The position numbers were made by a program, and so were the translations under genes. From positions 62,001 through 120,490 of the forward strand of contig CAZPRK010000003.1 in NCBI GenBank assembly GCA_964589485.1: DNA of 58,490 nucleotides, in the 5' to 3' direction. The notes below the pieces were generated by a model. That model was given only the letters and a program-made list of their open reading frames with translations. It was not told where the DNA came from and did not search any database. Shown one piece after another: positions 10,872 through 18,426 of this stretch (the first letter of the stretch is position 1; each line of letters opens with the position of its first letter). This DNA is from an uncultured Methanosarcinales archaeon (GTDB taxonomy: Archaea > Nanobdellota > Nanobdellia > Woesearchaeales > CAYSVS01).

Positions 10872-12413
10872 ATGGAAAATTTAACTAAAGACCCTACTGT
10901 TAATATAGCACTAGATACTTTAAAACTAAAAAAACAAGCATTAGTATTTGCAAACTCAAAAAGAAGTGCAGAAAAGTGTGCAGAAGACATAGCAAAACAT
11001 GTAAAAAATAAACATTTGATAGAATTATCTGATAAAGTTTTAAAAGCGTTATCTAGGCCAACAAAACAATGTGAAAGGTTATCTAGATGTATATTAAAAG
11101 GAATTGCATTCCATCATGCAGGATTGCCAAGTAAACAAAGAGATTTAATTGAAGATAATTTTAGAGCAGGAGTAATTAAAATTATTTGTTCTACGCCAAC
11201 TTTAGCAATAGGGTTAGATCTTCCTGCATTTAGAGTAATTCTTAAAGATTTACGAAGGTTTGGGTTTAGAGGTTTAGATTGGATTCCAACTTTAGAATAT
11301 TTACAAATGTGTGGAAGAGCAGGCAGACCATCTTACGATACTGAAGGCGAAGCTATTGCAATTGCTTCAACTGAAAATTCAAGAGAAGAAATTGAATTTA
11401 GATATATATATGGACAGCCTGAAGATATATACAGTAAACTAGCAGTTGAACCTGTACTTAGAACTTATGTTTTATCTTTAATAGCAACAAAATTTGTAAG
11501 CACTAAGAAACAATTAATTGATTTTTTTGAAAAAACATTTTGGGCTAAACAATATAAAGATAAAATTAAATTAATTACAATCATTGAAAAAATGATTAAT
11601 TTACTTAAGGATTTTGATTTTATTAAAAGTGAAAAACCAGACTTTGTTTCAGCAAATGAATTAGAACAAGATGAAAAATATACTGGAACAAAAATGGGTG
11701 AAAGAGTTGCACAGTTGTACATAGATCCATTAACAGCAAAATTTATTATAGATTGTCTTGAAAGAAGTAACCATAAAAAAATAAATGCATTTTCTTTTCT
11801 TCAAATGACATCTAGGACATTAGAAATGCGACCACATCTTAGAGTTAAAGTAAAAGAATTAGAAGACATACAAGCAGCTCATCTGAAATTACATGACTTT
11901 ATTTTAGAAGATGAACCAACACAGTTTGAATCAGAATATGAAGATTTTATTTCAAGTTTAAAGACAGGGTTATTGTTGCAAGATTGGATAGATGAAAAAA
12001 GTGAAGACGAATTATTACTCAAATATGATGTTAGACCTGGCGAATTAAATACTAAAATTCTTAATAGCGACTGGTTATTATATGCATCCGAAGAAATTTG
12101 TAGAATTATGAAAAAACAAAGTTTGCTTAAAGAAATTTCAAAAACTAGATTTAGACTAAAAAAAGGAATAAAGGAAGAACTTATTCCTTTACTTGGACTT
12201 AAAAAAATTGGAAGAATGAGAGCTAGAAAATTATTTGAAAATAAATTAAGAAATCTAGGTGATTTAAAAAAAATAGATATTAACACCATTGCGCAATTAG
12301 TAGGAAAAAATCTTGCAATAAATATAAAAGAACAATTAGGTCAACCTAACGAAAAAGTTACAATTAAACCAAATAAAAGAAAAGGTCAAATTAGTTTAAC
12401 TGATTGGAATTAG
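10872..12413 (+). CDS. hel308: Hel308/Hjm (Ski2-like SF2) helicase, C-terminal part only (RecA2, winged helix, ratchet and HhH domains; no Walker A or DExH)
   Basis: QALVFANSKRSAE, GIAFHHAGL, STPTLAIGLDLPA, QMCGRAGRP, VAQLYIDP, IGRMRARKLF; PIP-like tail QISLTDW. The ORF starts at the RecA1/RecA2 boundary. Confidence 0.88.
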   Translation: MENLTKDPTVNIALDTLKLKKQALVFANSKRSAEKCAEDIAKHVKNKHLIELSDKVLKALSRPTKQCERLSRCILKGIAFHHAGLPSKQRDLIEDNFRAGVIKIICSTPTLAIGLDLPAFRVILKDLRRFGFRGLDWIPTLEYLQMCGRAGRPSYDTEGEAIAIASTENSREEIEFRYIYGQPEDIYSKLAVEPVLRTYVLSLIATKFVSTKKQLIDFFEKTFWAKQYKDKIKLITIIEKMINLLKDFDFIKSEKPDFVSANELEQDEKYTGTKMGERVAQLYIDPLTAKFIIDCLERSNHKKINAFSFLQMTSRTLEMRPHLRVKVKELEDIQAAHLKLHDFILEDEPTQFESEYEDFISSLKTGLLLQDWIDEKSEDELLLKYDVRPGELNTKILNSDWLLYASEEICRIMKKQSLLKEISKTRFRLKKGIKEELIPLLGLKKIGRMRARKLFENKLRNLGDLKKIDINTIAQLVGKNLAINIKEQLGQPNEKVTIKPNKRKGQISLTDWN

Positions 12414-12454
12414 TTAAATTTATATATATAAATTTTAATATATAATATAAAAAG

Positions 12455-13249
12455 ATGGTGTTAGAACAATTATATAGAAATGAGTGGATTAATAAAAAAG
12501 AAAAATACGCTTTCTTTTTAAGTTCTGTTTATACTTTAATTGCATTATTTTTATCAATGATACTTTTTGAAGATTATGCTTTAACTGCTATATTTTTTAC
12601 TGTAATTTTAATAATGAACTCTCTTAACAAATTACTAGATAAAGAAGAAACTAAAATAGAAAATGAACCTAATTTTAAAATATCAACATTATACAAAGAA
12701 CATAAAGAAATATTTAAATTATATTTATTCATATTTTTGGGAATATTTTCTGCATTTGCACTATTTACTTTAATTTGGCCAAAATTAATAACAAGTTCTA
12801 TGTTTCAAAATAACATTTTATTAGAACAAGGAAAAGTTTTTACATATAGCTTAAGTTTTATTTCTAATCTGAAATTATTTTTAATTGGATTTGCTTTATC
12901 TTTCTTTTATGGAACAGGAGGAATGTTTTTAATTACATTAAATGCAGCAGTATGGGGTACTGCTTTCGGTGCTATTTTAAAAAGCAGTTATTTTGCAGTA
13001 TCTAATCCTTTTATTTACTTTTTTTCAATAATATTAGTTTTACTACCTTACTTTATTTTTGAAGTTATTGCATTTCTTTCAGTAACAATAGCTGGAGGAG
13101 TTTTATCTAAAGGTGCACACAATGAACATATAACATCTCAAAAATTTAAAAAAATAATTATTGATGCTTTGATAATGTTTAGTTTAGCTTTATTATTACT
13201 TTTAGCATCTAGCATAGTAAATAAATATTTCACAAGTGTATTGTTATGA
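12455..13249 (+). CDS. SpoIIM/DUF95-like polytopic membrane protein
   Basis: About 7 hydrophobic segments; ISNLKL..F.LSFFYG.GG.FLITLNA.VWG and LPY..FEV.AF...IAGG patterns. Confidence 0.7.
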   Translation: MVLEQLYRNEWINKKEKYAFFLSSVYTLIALFLSMILFEDYALTAIFFTVILIMNSLNKLLDKEETKIENEPNFKISTLYKEHKEIFKLYLFIFLGIFSAFALFTLIWPKLITSSMFQNNILLEQGKVFTYSLSFISNLKLFLIGFALSFFYGTGGMFLITLNAAVWGTAFGAILKSSYFAVSNPFIYFFSIILVLLPYFIFEVIAFLSVTIAGGVLSKGAHNEHITSQKFKKIIIDALIMFSLALLLLLASSIVNKYFTSVLL

Positions 13250-15243
13250 AAAAAATAATAATTTTATTATCATTGTTAATTTTAGTAGGTTGTAATGTTA
13301 CAGGTAATATTGTTTTATCAGTTGAAAATGATAGCGATGTAAATAAAGTTTGGAAAAAACATAAAGATTATTGGGGTCCTCCATATTGTAATGAGGGTAG
13401 TAGGTTAGGTGGGCCTAATTTATGTTCATCAGTCAATGGTGTAAATATAGAAGGTCAAGATTGTTCACAATATAAAACAGGACAAACTGTAAAAACTGCA
13501 TACAATTCACAAAACAATTATATTTGTACAGAAGAACCTAAAGAAGTTGTTGAAACAATTGTTGAAGAAGAACCAGAAAGTAATGAAGAAGAAGTTGAAA
13601 CAATAATTGAAGAAGAACCGGAAAGTAATGAAGAGGAAGTCGAAGAAAATGTTGATATAAATAATGCAAAATTAGAAGTTGATTTAGAAGAAAATTCAGA
13701 AAATAGTGAAGAAGAAACTAATAATACAGACCCAGAAGAGAGTGATAATATTTCAGAAACAATAAAAAAAGAAATTACTGAAAAGATTATTAAATCATTA
13801 GAAGAAGAAATTGATACAACATATATTACTTCTGAAATAAAAAATACAATTACTCAAAAAGTAAATGAATTTATAGTAGATGGAAGTGACGTTACAGAAG
13901 TATCCGACATAATTAAGAATGATATTTTAATTATAATTAATCAAGCAATAGACGAACAAAATATTGAAATTATAGAATATAATGAAACAATAGAAAACAA
14001 TGAAAGTATAGATTCAGAATTCAATTATACAATTAACGATGAAGACACCCAAGATGATTTAGAAAATAATGAAACTATTGATCAAGATGCAGAATTTGGT
14101 TCAGATGAAGAAAATTATGATGAAATTGAATATGATGAAGAAAGTGATTTTTCTAATGAACAGGATTACTTAGAAGATGAAGGAGAATATTTTGGCGAAG
14201 ATGATGACCAAAGTTATGAAGAAGGAAATATAGAAGGTGAATCATTTGATTGTTATGATGAAAATGGTGAAGTTAAATCAACAGAGGAATGTTCTGAAGT
14301 AGCGGAAGAAGGTCAAACTGAATGTTTTGATGAGCAAAACGAGTTTATTGAATGTTCTGAATTTATACAAAATGACAATTCTGAAGAAAACTTAGAAGAT
14401 GAAATAATTGATGAAAACCATAATGAAGAAATTAATTTACAACCTGAAGAAAGCATAATAGAAGAAGCAGTTGAACTATTTACACAAGAAGCTCCAAAAC
14501 CTAAACCTAAGACAGTTATTAGAAAAAAAGGAAGAGTTATTGTAGAAGTTGATGGAACTTCAAACCTTGAAGGTGATGTATTCACTAATTCTAAAAAAGA
14601 TAAATTTGGAACAACTTTAATTAAAGATATGAACTTACCTGAAGGTTCAACTAAAACTGTTTTTGTTGATAAAATTCAAAGAAAGTCAGACACAATTTGT
14701 TTAAAAGATAAACCTGTTAAAAAGATTAATGATATGACTAAAAATTGTAATGGTGCAGATGAATTTTTATTATTATGCGATGGAATAAATAGAAAAGGAT
14801 ATAGTTGTATTGATAATGGTAAATCTTTCAAAATAACAGGATTAAAACATAGTCTAGTTAGAGAATTTAAAGAACCATCGAATTCATGGTTATACTTTGG
14901 CATAGGAGTAGGTGTTATTTTCTTAATAATAGGTGGTATTTTATTTAAAAGAGTTAACAAAGTTAAAAAATTAAGAAACTTAAAAGAACATGAATTAGAA
15001 GAACATGCACTTAATGAATGTAAAAATAATATTAACCCTGAACAAATTAGAGCAGATTTATCAATGACTGAACATAATAATAGTTTAATAGATTTAGCAA
15101 TTACAAATGCGCAAATTAAGTATTATATTATGTCTGCAAGGTTTCATAATACACCGGAAGAAAATATAAAAATTAGTTTAATTAACCAAGGATGGGATCA
15201 AAAAAAAGTAAATCAATTGTTAAGTTCTACTCCAGTATCGTAA
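13246..15243 (+). CDS. Acidic surface (lipo)protein with a C-terminal membrane anchor and cytoplasmic tail
   Basis: Lipobox-like LVGC after a signal helix, long E/D/N-rich linker, Cys-containing globular domain, TM WLYFGIGVGVIFLIIGGILF, and tail ending LINQGWDQKKV; ATGA overlap with the upstream gene. Confidence 0.75.
   Translation: MKKIIILLSLLILVGCNVTGNIVLSVENDSDVNKVWKKHKDYWGPPYCNEGSRLGGPNLCSSVNGVNIEGQDCSQYKTGQTVKTAYNSQNNYICTEEPKEVVETIVEEEPESNEEEVETIIEEEPESNEEEVEENVDINNAKLEVDLEENSENSEEETNNTDPEESDNISETIKKEITEKIIKSLEEEIDTTYITSEIKNTITQKVNEFIVDGSDVTEVSDIIKNDILIIINQAIDEQNIEIIEYNETIENNESIDSEFNYTINDEDTQDDLENNETIDQDAEFGSDEENYDEIEYDEESDFSNEQDYLEDEGEYFGEDDDQSYEEGNIEGESFDCYDENGEVKSTEECSEVAEEGQTECFDEQNEFIECSEFIQNDNSEENLEDEIIDENHNEEINLQPEESIIEEAVELFTQEAPKPKPKTVIRKKGRVIVEVDGTSNLEGDVFTNSKKDKFGTTLIKDMNLPEGSTKTVFVDKIQRKSDTICLKDKPVKKINDMTKNCNGADEFLLLCDGINRKGYSCIDNGKSFKITGLKHSLVREFKEPSNSWLYFGIGVGVIFLIIGGILFKRVNKVKKLRNLKEHELEEHALNECKNNINPEQIRADLSMTEHNNSLIDLAITNAQIKYYIMSARFHNTPEENIKISLINQGWDQKKVNQLLSSTPVS
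13549..13641 (+). repeat. In-frame 45-bp tandem duplication (VETI(V/I)EEEPESNEEE x2)
   Basis: gttgaaacaattgttgaagaagaaccagaaagtaatgaagaagaa followed by gttgaaacaataattgaagaagaaccggaaagtaatgaagaggaa. Confidence 0.85.
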
Positions 15244-15274
15244 AGTTTAAAAAATAGTACCAATTCCTAATTTT

Positions 15275-15814
15275 ATGAAAAAAATATTATTACACGTACA
15301 TGATGCTCCAAGTGGTATTCAAGTCATAAATCAATTAAAAAAAGACTATGAAATTACTATGTTTTTCTACAATCCGAATATTCATCCTAAAGAAGAATAT
15401 GATAAAAGGTTAGATGATGTTAAAAAATTAGCAGATATAACTAACGTTGATTTGTTCATTCATGAACAAGATGATGAAACTTGGTTCGATAAAACAGAAG
15501 GACATGAAAAAGATCCAGAAGGTGGACAGAGATGTGAAATTTGTTTTGATTTAAGGTTGGAAACGTCTGCTAGATTTGCAAAAGATAATAGTTTTAAGAA
15601 TTTTGGAACAACGTTATCAATTAGTCCATATAAAAATCATTTTTTAATTAATCAAATTGGAGAAAAATTAGCAAAAGAAAATGGAATTAAATTTCTTGCA
15701 AAAGATTTTAAAGAAAATCATGGTTATGAACATAGTATTGAGTTAGGAGTTAAGCATGGGTTTTATAGACCAACTTATTCTGGCTGTTTATATAGTAAAA
15801 AAAATAATTTTTGA
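15275..15814 (+). CDS. queH: QueH (DUF208) epoxyqueuosine reductase homologue with altered Cys motifs
   Basis: FFYNPNIHPKEEY.KR, PEGGQRCEICFDLRL..SA..A, FGTTLSISPYKN, DFK...GY..SIEL. The N-terminal motif reads LLHVHDAPS and the C-terminal motif YRPTYSGC. Confidence 0.85.
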   Translation: MKKILLHVHDAPSGIQVINQLKKDYEITMFFYNPNIHPKEEYDKRLDDVKKLADITNVDLFIHEQDDETWFDKTEGHEKDPEGGQRCEICFDLRLETSARFAKDNSFKNFGTTLSISPYKNHFLINQIGEKLAKENGIKFLAKDFKENHGYEHSIELGVKHGFYRPTYSGCLYSKKNNF

Positions 15815-15956
15815 AAATACAATTTATGAAGCATTAGGTTTTATTCCAGAAAGACCTGAACAATTTAAAAATGTTAAAGGAGTCGAAGGGTCTTTTACCG
15901 ACATACCTAATGATATTGGAAAGTTATCTGGATTTATCAGAAACGTTATTCTTTAA
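15809..15956 (+). pseudogene. Possible relic of a threonine synthase C-terminus
   Basis: Open frame FENTIYEALGFIPERPEQFKNVKGVEGSFTDIPNDIGKLSGFI resembles the terminal segment of bacterial/fungal-type ThrC (F.E.I.EALG..PE.P...F..+PND+..+..FI); it has no credible start of its own. Confidence 0.4.
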
Positions 15957-16295
15957 CCATTTAAGAATTATATTAGTAAGTAAATTTATTTCATTTTCAC
16001 TTAATTCTTTATAAGAAGGAATTCTATGCCATTTGAAAATACATTTCCTGCAACAAGTTGCCGTTGCATGTTGTGCCTTAAAAATAGGATTTCCAGAATA
16101 AGGAGTTTGTCTTCCATCATCAATTGGTTTATTTTTTAAGTTAGTGTTTATTACGTGTTTTATAAATTGATCAAATATTTCAAAATTCTCAACTACATAT
16201 TGTTTTTCATTGCTACTTAAATAAAATTTTCTTCTAAAATTGCTTGATTTTAGCCTGGTTAGAGTACTTGGATTGCTTAATATTTGGGACCACAT
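15924..16295 (-). CDS. DUF4186 family protein
   Basis: RLKSSNFRRKFYL, DDGRQTPYSGNPIFKAQHATATCCRKCIFKWHRIP signature; SD GAGGT upstream. Confidence 0.88.
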   Translation of the reverse strand: MWSQILSNPSTLTRLKSSNFRRKFYLSSNEKQYVVENFEIFDQFIKHVINTNLKNKPIDDGRQTPYSGNPIFKAQHATATCCRKCIFKWHRIPSYKELSENEINLLTNIILKWLKNNVSDKSR

Positions 16296-16371
16296 TTTTT
16301 ATACCTCGTATTATTTTTTGAAATATGTTTTGTTTTACATCATATATTTTTACTTCTAACATTTTATCACC

Positions 16372-16390
16372 TCAAAAAAAATAAAAAAAA
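16372..16390 (-). terminator. Poly-T terminator after the PC4-like gene
   Basis: Minus strand reads TTTTTTTTATTTTTTTT directly after the stop at 16391. Confidence 0.55.
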
Positions 16391-16648
16391 TTAAGTATAA
16401 AGTTCGCTTTCAGTCAAAGAAAGATACTTATAGGCTTCGTCCAAAATCAGAGAGGCTTTGGGCAAATCACTTATTCTGAGAGTCTTTGTAGACTGCCATT
16501 CTCCTTCTTTGTCACAATATCTTCTTTGAAAAGATACTATTTTGAAAGAAATTTTCTTTCCTTCACTATTTTTTCCTAAATTGTGCCAGACTGTAGCACT
16601 AACCACACCGTTCTTGAACGTTTTTTCAGGTATATTTTCGTTTTTCAT
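16391..16648 (-). CDS. Small putative ssDNA-binding protein (PC4/Whirly-like fold, inferred)
   Basis: PEKTFKNGVVSATVWHN...VSFQRRYCDKEGEWQSTKTLRISDLPKASLILDEAY: four beta strands with aromatic and basic residues plus a C-terminal helix; SD GAGGTG at 16657-16662. Confidence 0.7.
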   Translation of the reverse strand: MKNENIPEKTFKNGVVSATVWHNLGKNSEGKKISFKIVSFQRRYCDKEGEWQSTKTLRISDLPKASLILDEAYKYLSLTESELYT

Positions 16649-16706
16649 GCATTACACACCTCTTTTGCTTATCGCATTTTATTTCAAGCGAGGCTTGAAT
16701 ATGAAA

Positions 16707-16865
16707 CTAGGAATTCATATATCCTAACATAAATCCTTCTTCAGCTACATTAATCAAATCATCTTCACAATCTGCGTAAATATGTTCTTCAGAGTAAAAA
16801 TCATCAGTAAACTTTTGATTAACTTTCATCTCAAAAGTGTAAAGTTCTGCTTTCTTTGGTTTCAT
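16707..16865 (-). CDS. 52-aa acidic micro-protein ending EDDLINVAEEGFMLGY
   Basis: Below the ORF-track cutoff. MKPKKAELYTFEMKVNQKFTDDFYSEEHIYADCEDDLINVAEEGFMLGYMNS*; SD AGGTGG upstream; ATGA overlap with the preceding ORF. Confidence 0.75.
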   Translation of the reverse strand: MKPKKAELYTFEMKVNQKFTDDFYSEEHIYADCEDDLINVAEEGFMLGYMNS

Positions 16866-16990
16866 CTTAACCACCTATCTGAAAACTGTACATCAAAACT
16901 ATTCACATTAGCTGTTTTTTTTGTTAAATCTGTTATTTGTTTCATAAATAACTCTTGTATTGTACCTGTACTTAAATCGACTGAACTCAT
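16862..16990 (-). CDS. 42-aa micro-protein
   Basis: MSSVDLSTGTIQELFMKQITDLTKKTANVNSFDVQFSDRWLR*; SD GAGGTG at 16999-17004; stop overlaps the next ATG. Confidence 0.6.
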   Translation of the reverse strand: MSSVDLSTGTIQELFMKQITDLTKKTANVNSFDVQFSDRWLR

Positions 16991-17127
16991 TTTGTATGCA
17001 CCTCGTGTTTTTTTAGTAAGGTAAGGAAAAAAAAGGGGAAACCTTACCTCCCGAATTATGACCGCAACGATTTTTTGCTTGGGAGCAATTATATCAACCG
17101 ATGCCTATAGTACTAATAGTCAAAATC

Positions 17128-17213
17128 TTTTATATAGCTCACGCACACCTGTCCAGTGTGTCCAGTGGCATAAAATACAGCATAACATCGACTATAAACT
17201 AGAATGTCCAGTG
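17128..17213 (-). promoter_or_regulatory. TATA box plus three TGTCCAGTG direct repeats
   Basis: TATATAAAA on the minus strand at 17128-17136; exact 9-mers at 17150-17158, 17159-17167 and 17205-17213. Confidence 0.65.
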
Positions 17214-17313
17214 GTGATTAAAAGTTATGATTATGATATAAAAAAAGTCATATTTTTCATTTTGTTATTATAGTAACATTTGTATTATATAGTCCATTGT
17301 TTTTTAATCTCTA

Positions 17314-17829
17314 ATGCCAGAATTAGAAAAAATATTAGTTAGCTTTGATGAATATATAGACATAGATTTAGAAAAAAGTATGAGAGATGTAATTCCTAAT
17401 ATAGATCAAACATATAAAACGGAGTATCATTTTAGACCTACAAGAGTATTTGATTCTAATTATAAAACATATAAAATGACTAATTTTGAAGAATTTGAAG
17501 ATTTTATTGACACAATACTATTAGAAAATAATTTTCTACAAGATCATAGAAATTTAATTGAAGAAATAGCATCAAACGCTTTAGAACACGGCAATAACTA
17601 TGACCCTTCTCTTACAATAAAGTTAGAAGTAGTAAAAGGAAATAAAGGATGGCTTTTAAGTGTAGAAGATTCAGGATATGGGTTTAACTTCAGAAATACC
17701 CTAAAAACAGGAACATTTACAAATGAAGGCAAAGGTTTAAGACTTCTAAAAGAAACATGTGCTGAGAATCCAAAAATGAGTTTTAGTTATGAAGGAAATG
17801 GGCAAAAAATTAATTTATATACATTATAG
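17314..17829 (+). CDS. RsbW/SpoIIAB-like GHKL (HATPase_c_2) ATPase or Ser kinase
   Basis: N box EIASNALEHGN, G1 VEDSGYGF, G2 EGKGLRLL; no HisKA domain. Confidence 0.8.
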   Translation: MPELEKILVSFDEYIDIDLEKSMRDVIPNIDQTYKTEYHFRPTRVFDSNYKTYKMTNFEEFEDFIDTILLENNFLQDHRNLIEEIASNALEHGNNYDPSLTIKLEVVKGNKGWLLSVEDSGYGFNFRNTLKTGTFTNEGKGLRLLKETCAENPKMSFSYEGNGQKINLYTL

Positions 17830-17865
17830 GCTTAAGTTTATATTTATTCACTTCCTACAAAGTAA

Positions 17866-18426
17866 ATGCATAAAATAATTAATTGGGATTTAGATGAAAC
17901 TATAGGTGAATTTACAAAGAATGGTAAAGAATATAGTGGATTTCTCAGACCAAATATTGAAAAAGTATTAGAATATTTTTATACACAAAACTTTAAAAAT
18001 GTATTAACAACAGCGGCTCATAGAAAATATGCGCAAAATGTTTTAGAGAAATTTAATTTAACTAAGTATTTCATAGAAATATTTTCTACAGATGATTTAG
18101 GAACACCGGTAGGAGAAAAAGATTATTCCCATGTTACAAAATACTTTGGAATTTCGCATAAAGACGCAATGAAAAACATGATTATTATTGGAAATTCAAT
18201 TGACGATCAACCATCAATAATTAATAATTTGGTAATGATACTTTGTGAAGATGTTAATAAAGATGCAAGTTTAATAAAAAATATAATAGTTTCAATGCAA
18301 AAAGATTTTGAACGTAGCTTTGAAAGTATGTACTCAACTAAAATAAACTCAATAGGAAGTGCACACGTAAATTTAGAAAAACAATTAAACGGAAAAACCT
18401 ATTTTAATTTAATAAGAATACTTTAG
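17866..18426 (+). CDS. HAD-superfamily hydrolase/phosphatase
   Basis: Motif I NWDLDETIG, LRPNI, motif II LTTAA, motif III K (EKDY), motif IV IIGNSIDD. Confidence 0.8.
   Translation: MHKIINWDLDETIGEFTKNGKEYSGFLRPNIEKVLEYFYTQNFKNVLTTAAHRKYAQNVLEKFNLTKYFIEIFSTDDLGTPVGEKDYSHVTKYFGISHKDAMKNMIIIGNSIDDQPSIINNLVMILCEDVNKDASLIKNIIVSMQKDFERSFESMYSTKINSIGSAHVNLEKQLNGKTYFNLIRIL

Noticed and set aside
15293..15316. Selenocysteine or frameshift explaining the missing QueH cysteines
   Set aside because: The codons are plain CAT GAT GCT CCA AGT in an uninterrupted frame.
16542..17273. Plus-strand ORFs 16542-16727, 16782-17024 and 17058-17273
   Set aside because: They lie antisense to SD-led minus-strand ORFs, the leader and the promoter, and show no protein-like motifs.
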